From Entomortierella parvispora E1425 (Eukaryota; Fungi; Mortierellomycota): a stretch of 64,000 nt of DNA. Positions within the stretch are counted from its first letter, which is position 1, and each line of letters opens with the position of its first letter. Where the stretch lies: positions 1,550,001 through 1,614,000 of the forward strand of contig BQFW01000009.1 in assembly GCA_020891255.1 (NCBI GenBank), given 5' to 3'. A program made the translations under genes and the position numbers. Shown one piece after another: positions 60,169 through 64,000 of this stretch. The notes under the pieces are model-generated. The model did not search any database and was not told the origin of the DNA. It worked only from the letters and a program-made list of their open reading frames with translations.

Positions 60169-63100
60169 AATCCCACTCCAGTGAAATAATAATAAAAAAA
60201 AAACTTGGACGGATCATGAAAAATCGTCATGAGACAGCGACAAACTTTTCCCGCATCCTTTGCCTCGGGCATTCATGGACCTGTCTTATCCCAGGCATGT
60301 TCTGACTGACACCATGGAGCCATACAGTTTGCCTGGTCAGCTGGATCGGACCAGCTCGCAACATCTAAGATCCGGGCTTTCGCCAACATGTGTTGGCAGC
60401 AACCACACACTGGATCCTCCTAGCTAGATGAAAATGGTTCTTCCACAAAGGGCACGTGGCGAGCTTTTAGAATCATTGAATGGACCTGCGAGACCCTTTC
60501 AAAAAGTTTCGACTCTAGAAACATACCTGGCGCTGGCACAACACCATGCCTTTTCTCCATGAGACCCAGAAGGTCTTATTTTTTCCTCTGCTGATCACAC
60601 TTTTTTTTTAACGTTTGAAGGATAGAAGCTTTCGCTGGTACAGTAGGTACATTGTCCTCTAAATACTTTATGTTTGGTGCGTATATGGAACAGGGTACCC
60701 TCATCAGGTGGTGGACAAGAAGGAGGAAGGAGTTGTTGTTTTGCAATTGAAGAAAATGAACTTCTCAAAATTGAATTGCTCTCGTCCCAAATAAATTGAC
60801 CCTCAATAATAATGTGTGGTTCGTTCTCCTTTCGCCGTTTCCTCAAACTTCATTGTGTCTGTGATCAAAAAGTCAACTGTAAAGTCCTTCACGGGACCCC
60901 AAGAACCTCTTGATACTTGTTTTTTCAGGGCCAGAGCACTTGGGCATGGACCAGGCAAACCTTTGTTACCCTGCGCCCCGTTTCAATTTCGAAACCCATT
61001 TTGTGGAGATTAAACGATGGATCTGGGGGGTACCCAATCCAAGTCGCTGTTCCCGATCCGGCTGTCCTTCAATTGCTCGTCAAAACATCAAACGAGAGAA
61101 AGAGAGGCGCCCAAAAAAAGGAATTTCCTTTTGCAGGCGACAAAACGTTATCTCGTTGTTGCTGCCTCTTTTGGACAAGACCCGTTCGGCCCGAGATAGT
61201 GGTTCAATAATCGCTCGACTGCGGTTGGAACGAGTTCGTGTCCCGCCTAACCTGAATTTCTTGGCTTCAGCAGCAGGATTTTCGAGTCCAAAAGAACGTG
61301 GACCGGTTTTACTTTATCTTGTGCTTTTCGCGCGCCGGTCATCCCGTATCTTTCTTGGCCACGACTTTGCCAGGCTTGGCTTGTCTTGCTTGTCTTTGTC
61401 CACGACTCGCCGTCTTGGACAGATTTCTTGGCCATCTATTCGTCCACTTGGAAGGAGAGCAATTGCCTATTTACTGCTCTCTTCTCCTTGTTTTTCACTG
61501 ATGTCTCCTTGGCAGCACAAGCTGGAAGTTACCCATTGGCTTCTGCCGAAGAGGGGGAGAGGAACGATAGTGACGGGGCCGTTTACCCTTTTTTTTCTAT
61601 TTTTTTCTGGTCCTGCCAACATTTCAACATTTCCTGAATCGGGATCACGCTGTGATTGGTCCACCCAGCATGGAAAAGGGTCTTGGCCCTTTTGAATCAA
61701 TCTAAATAAAATTGATAATTGTCTGTGCATTTCGACCTGGCCTTGGCCTTGGACCAATCACGGGTCCGATCATTTTCGCTGCAACAGCCAAGCAGCCTGA
61801 ACGAGTCCTTGCTCTTGCATGGCCGCTGAGCCAAACCAAGGAGAAAATAAATTTTCCACATTGGGGCAAGGCTACCCGGGCAGCGTCAATTGCCGTTGCA
61901 GGTGAGGGCAAAGTCGGTGTGTGTTCAAGAGTTGAGTCCCGCGGAGAGTCTTGGCCGAGAGCACAGCCAAAGGCCCAGGGCTGTAGGCAAAAGAGGCAAA
62001 GCAATTACATGTACAGTACATGTACCAGAGCCGCAACGATCGAAAAGAAGGGCCAAGGGAGCACAGCCCTTGCCACCAGACCGACAGACACCGGGTCGAG
62101 AGAGAGGTCGATCGAACAAGAAAAACAAGCTTTGTCGACTCATTTTTTATTTTTCTTCCTCTGAGACATTTCCGGCCTTCTTTTTTTTCCGCCCGGTTTC
62201 GCCTCTTCTTCCTTTCTTGGCGAACGTGGGGCGTGTCCAGCTGTCTGTGTGGCGGGCTGCCTTCTTTCCACAAGGCAGACGACAAGCTCAAGGTGACGGT
62301 CGACCCTGGTCCTCGGTTTTGTCTCTCTGTTTCTCGGAAGGCATTTACCCTTCAAGAAGACAGGACGTTTCGGCGGAGGGAAAGGTTCCCTTGAAAAAAA
62401 AGAGAGAGTTGGGGAGTAGAGTTTTTCTTTTTTGCCTTTTTCTCTGTGTGAGTCAATGCTGAGAGCGTCCATGGCCCTCGAGTGGTGCCAGCATGAACGA
62501 CTGAACTGACCGACTCTTCGACCGACCAGCAGTTTGTTTATAAAAAGCAAACATAGAGTTAATTGAGGGAGTCAGGCAAAAAAAAAAAAAAAAAAAAAAA
62601 CGAATGGTGAGGGTTCAAACGTGGACACACCCAAGGGTTCGAGAGCGATGTCAAGATGGAAGGGATCGCGACCTTCTCTTCTATTTTCTACCCTTTGTTT
62701 CGATGCTCTCAGGGTGGAAAAAATTCCTATTCGTTCCCTATGTCGATACCAAGACCCGAGAAGGTGGATCATTGGAACACGTCGAGACCACAACTTCCCT
62801 CTTCTCCAGCAGCTCACTTTCCTTTTACTGCCATGCACCCCCTGTTGCTGGTCAAACGAGCATGAAAAGATTCCGCCGACGACCCACCGTTCCCCTCAAT
62901 TGCCATTTGGACAAACAACAACCATCCACAAACAACAAGAATTTGAGTGGTGGCACAAATCTGTACGATCGAGAATCCCAGCGTGACCACACAAAAGAAA
63001 GAAAAAAACGGCGAAAACTCTCTTGCTCACTCTTTTTACCCCAAGGTGCTCTGACTCCTTGACCTTGTTACAGGCGCGGGCAAAAGACTAGGAAAAAAAG

Positions 63101-64000
63101 AATGCCGGTTTTTTTTTGTATTTTGCTCTTTCAAAAGATGGGGGCGATGGGAACACAAACAAAGGCCGCAGGATTGAGCGGTGGTTCTTGGAGTTTTTCC
63201 CGACAAGAGTATCATGCCTCAAGGCCCTGCCACTACCTCGTACACTCATCTCTGTTCTTTCCATTCTAGACAAGTCAGAGGCTCAGCGATTCCGCTCGGA
63301 CCGAGTTCGCGTGCATCAAATGGGCAAAGTAAAAAAACCTCTGCTGGGGAACGAACAACCCATGTCGTCAACACCGCAAGTGAAACCACCATTTTTGGGA
63401 TGTACATGTTCTCTCGTCTATTCTGGTTCCGCGCTTCGCATTGCATGGATTCATTTTTTTTTCCAACCGACCCAGTTCCAACCCAGCTTGTCCTGTCCCC
63501 CCCAAGGGGAAGGATCAAAACACAAATGCATGTTGAAATTTGCGTCCACTCAATATAACTTACTTTGTGCCTTTGCCACAAGAGAACACACGACCCTAGG
63601 CAAAGCATCTATCCGCCCTTGGATGGGTCCTGGGTTTTTCTATGCACCATTCTCTTTCTTTTTTTTTTTTTGTTCGCACATGCTTTTTTGACACGCTGCA
63701 AATTCTTTGGGTAGGCGGTGTGTGGCTTTGCATATGGAGTGCAGCATGGACACTGGAAGCGTGGCAAGTCCATAGATCTTGCCTCAGCAATGCAGGTCGG
63801 GAAAAAAAAAGAGAGATCGGGGTCCTCTTTACCCCCTTCTATTTGTTCGATCATGGACCTGCGATCCGTTTGCCTACATACCTTTCTTTTGGATTTTTGT
63901 AGGGTAGAGTGGTTCCAAGACGCGAGGACCCGAGTTTGATGCTCCATATCGATTGTCACAGATAAAAAAGATGCAGAAAACAAGGGGGAGCAAGACCCAA

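Noticed and set aside
1-64000. tRNA, rRNA, CRISPR arrays, LTR/TIR transposons, inteins and U12-type introns
   Set aside because: I saw no T-loop or cloverleaf, rRNA signature, repeat-spacer array, transposase or RT motif, intein insertion in RNR1, or GTATCCTT/ATATCC donor. The scan was manual.

Overview
A eukaryotic, intron-rich fungal window. GT-AG introns with poly(T)/poly(A) tracts, gene styles and F-box/LRR motifs suggest a Mortierella-like fungus (inference). About 20 protein-coding loci are supported. Housekeeping genes: TIM13, SEC10, RPS28, HUB1, TFB3, FUM1, a SIT4/PP6-associated (SAPS) protein, RNR1, VMS1 and a CoA-type Nudix hydrolase. Other recognisable genes: an FAD monooxygenase, an Ecl1-family protein, a chitin deacetylase, a CAP/PR-1 protein, an SDR, a small GPI-like protein and one large orphan with an 8-aa tandem repeat. 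I found no tRNA, rRNA, CRISPR array or intact transposon. The most unusual region is 48.9-56.6 kb, a cluster of four F-box genes. Three are tandem F-box/LRR genes: one intact, one with a 1-bp frameshift, and one with a frameshift plus an in-frame TGA; each has an RTCACGTG E-box upstream. The fourth, transcribed divergently, has a C-terminal half that aligns by eye to the XPA/Rad14 zinc finger and DNA-binding domain. Smaller observations include an in-frame intronic ATG in fumarase, a loop insertion in eS28, and an altered GD motif in the monooxygenase. Exon boundaries were read by eye, and no database search was run.
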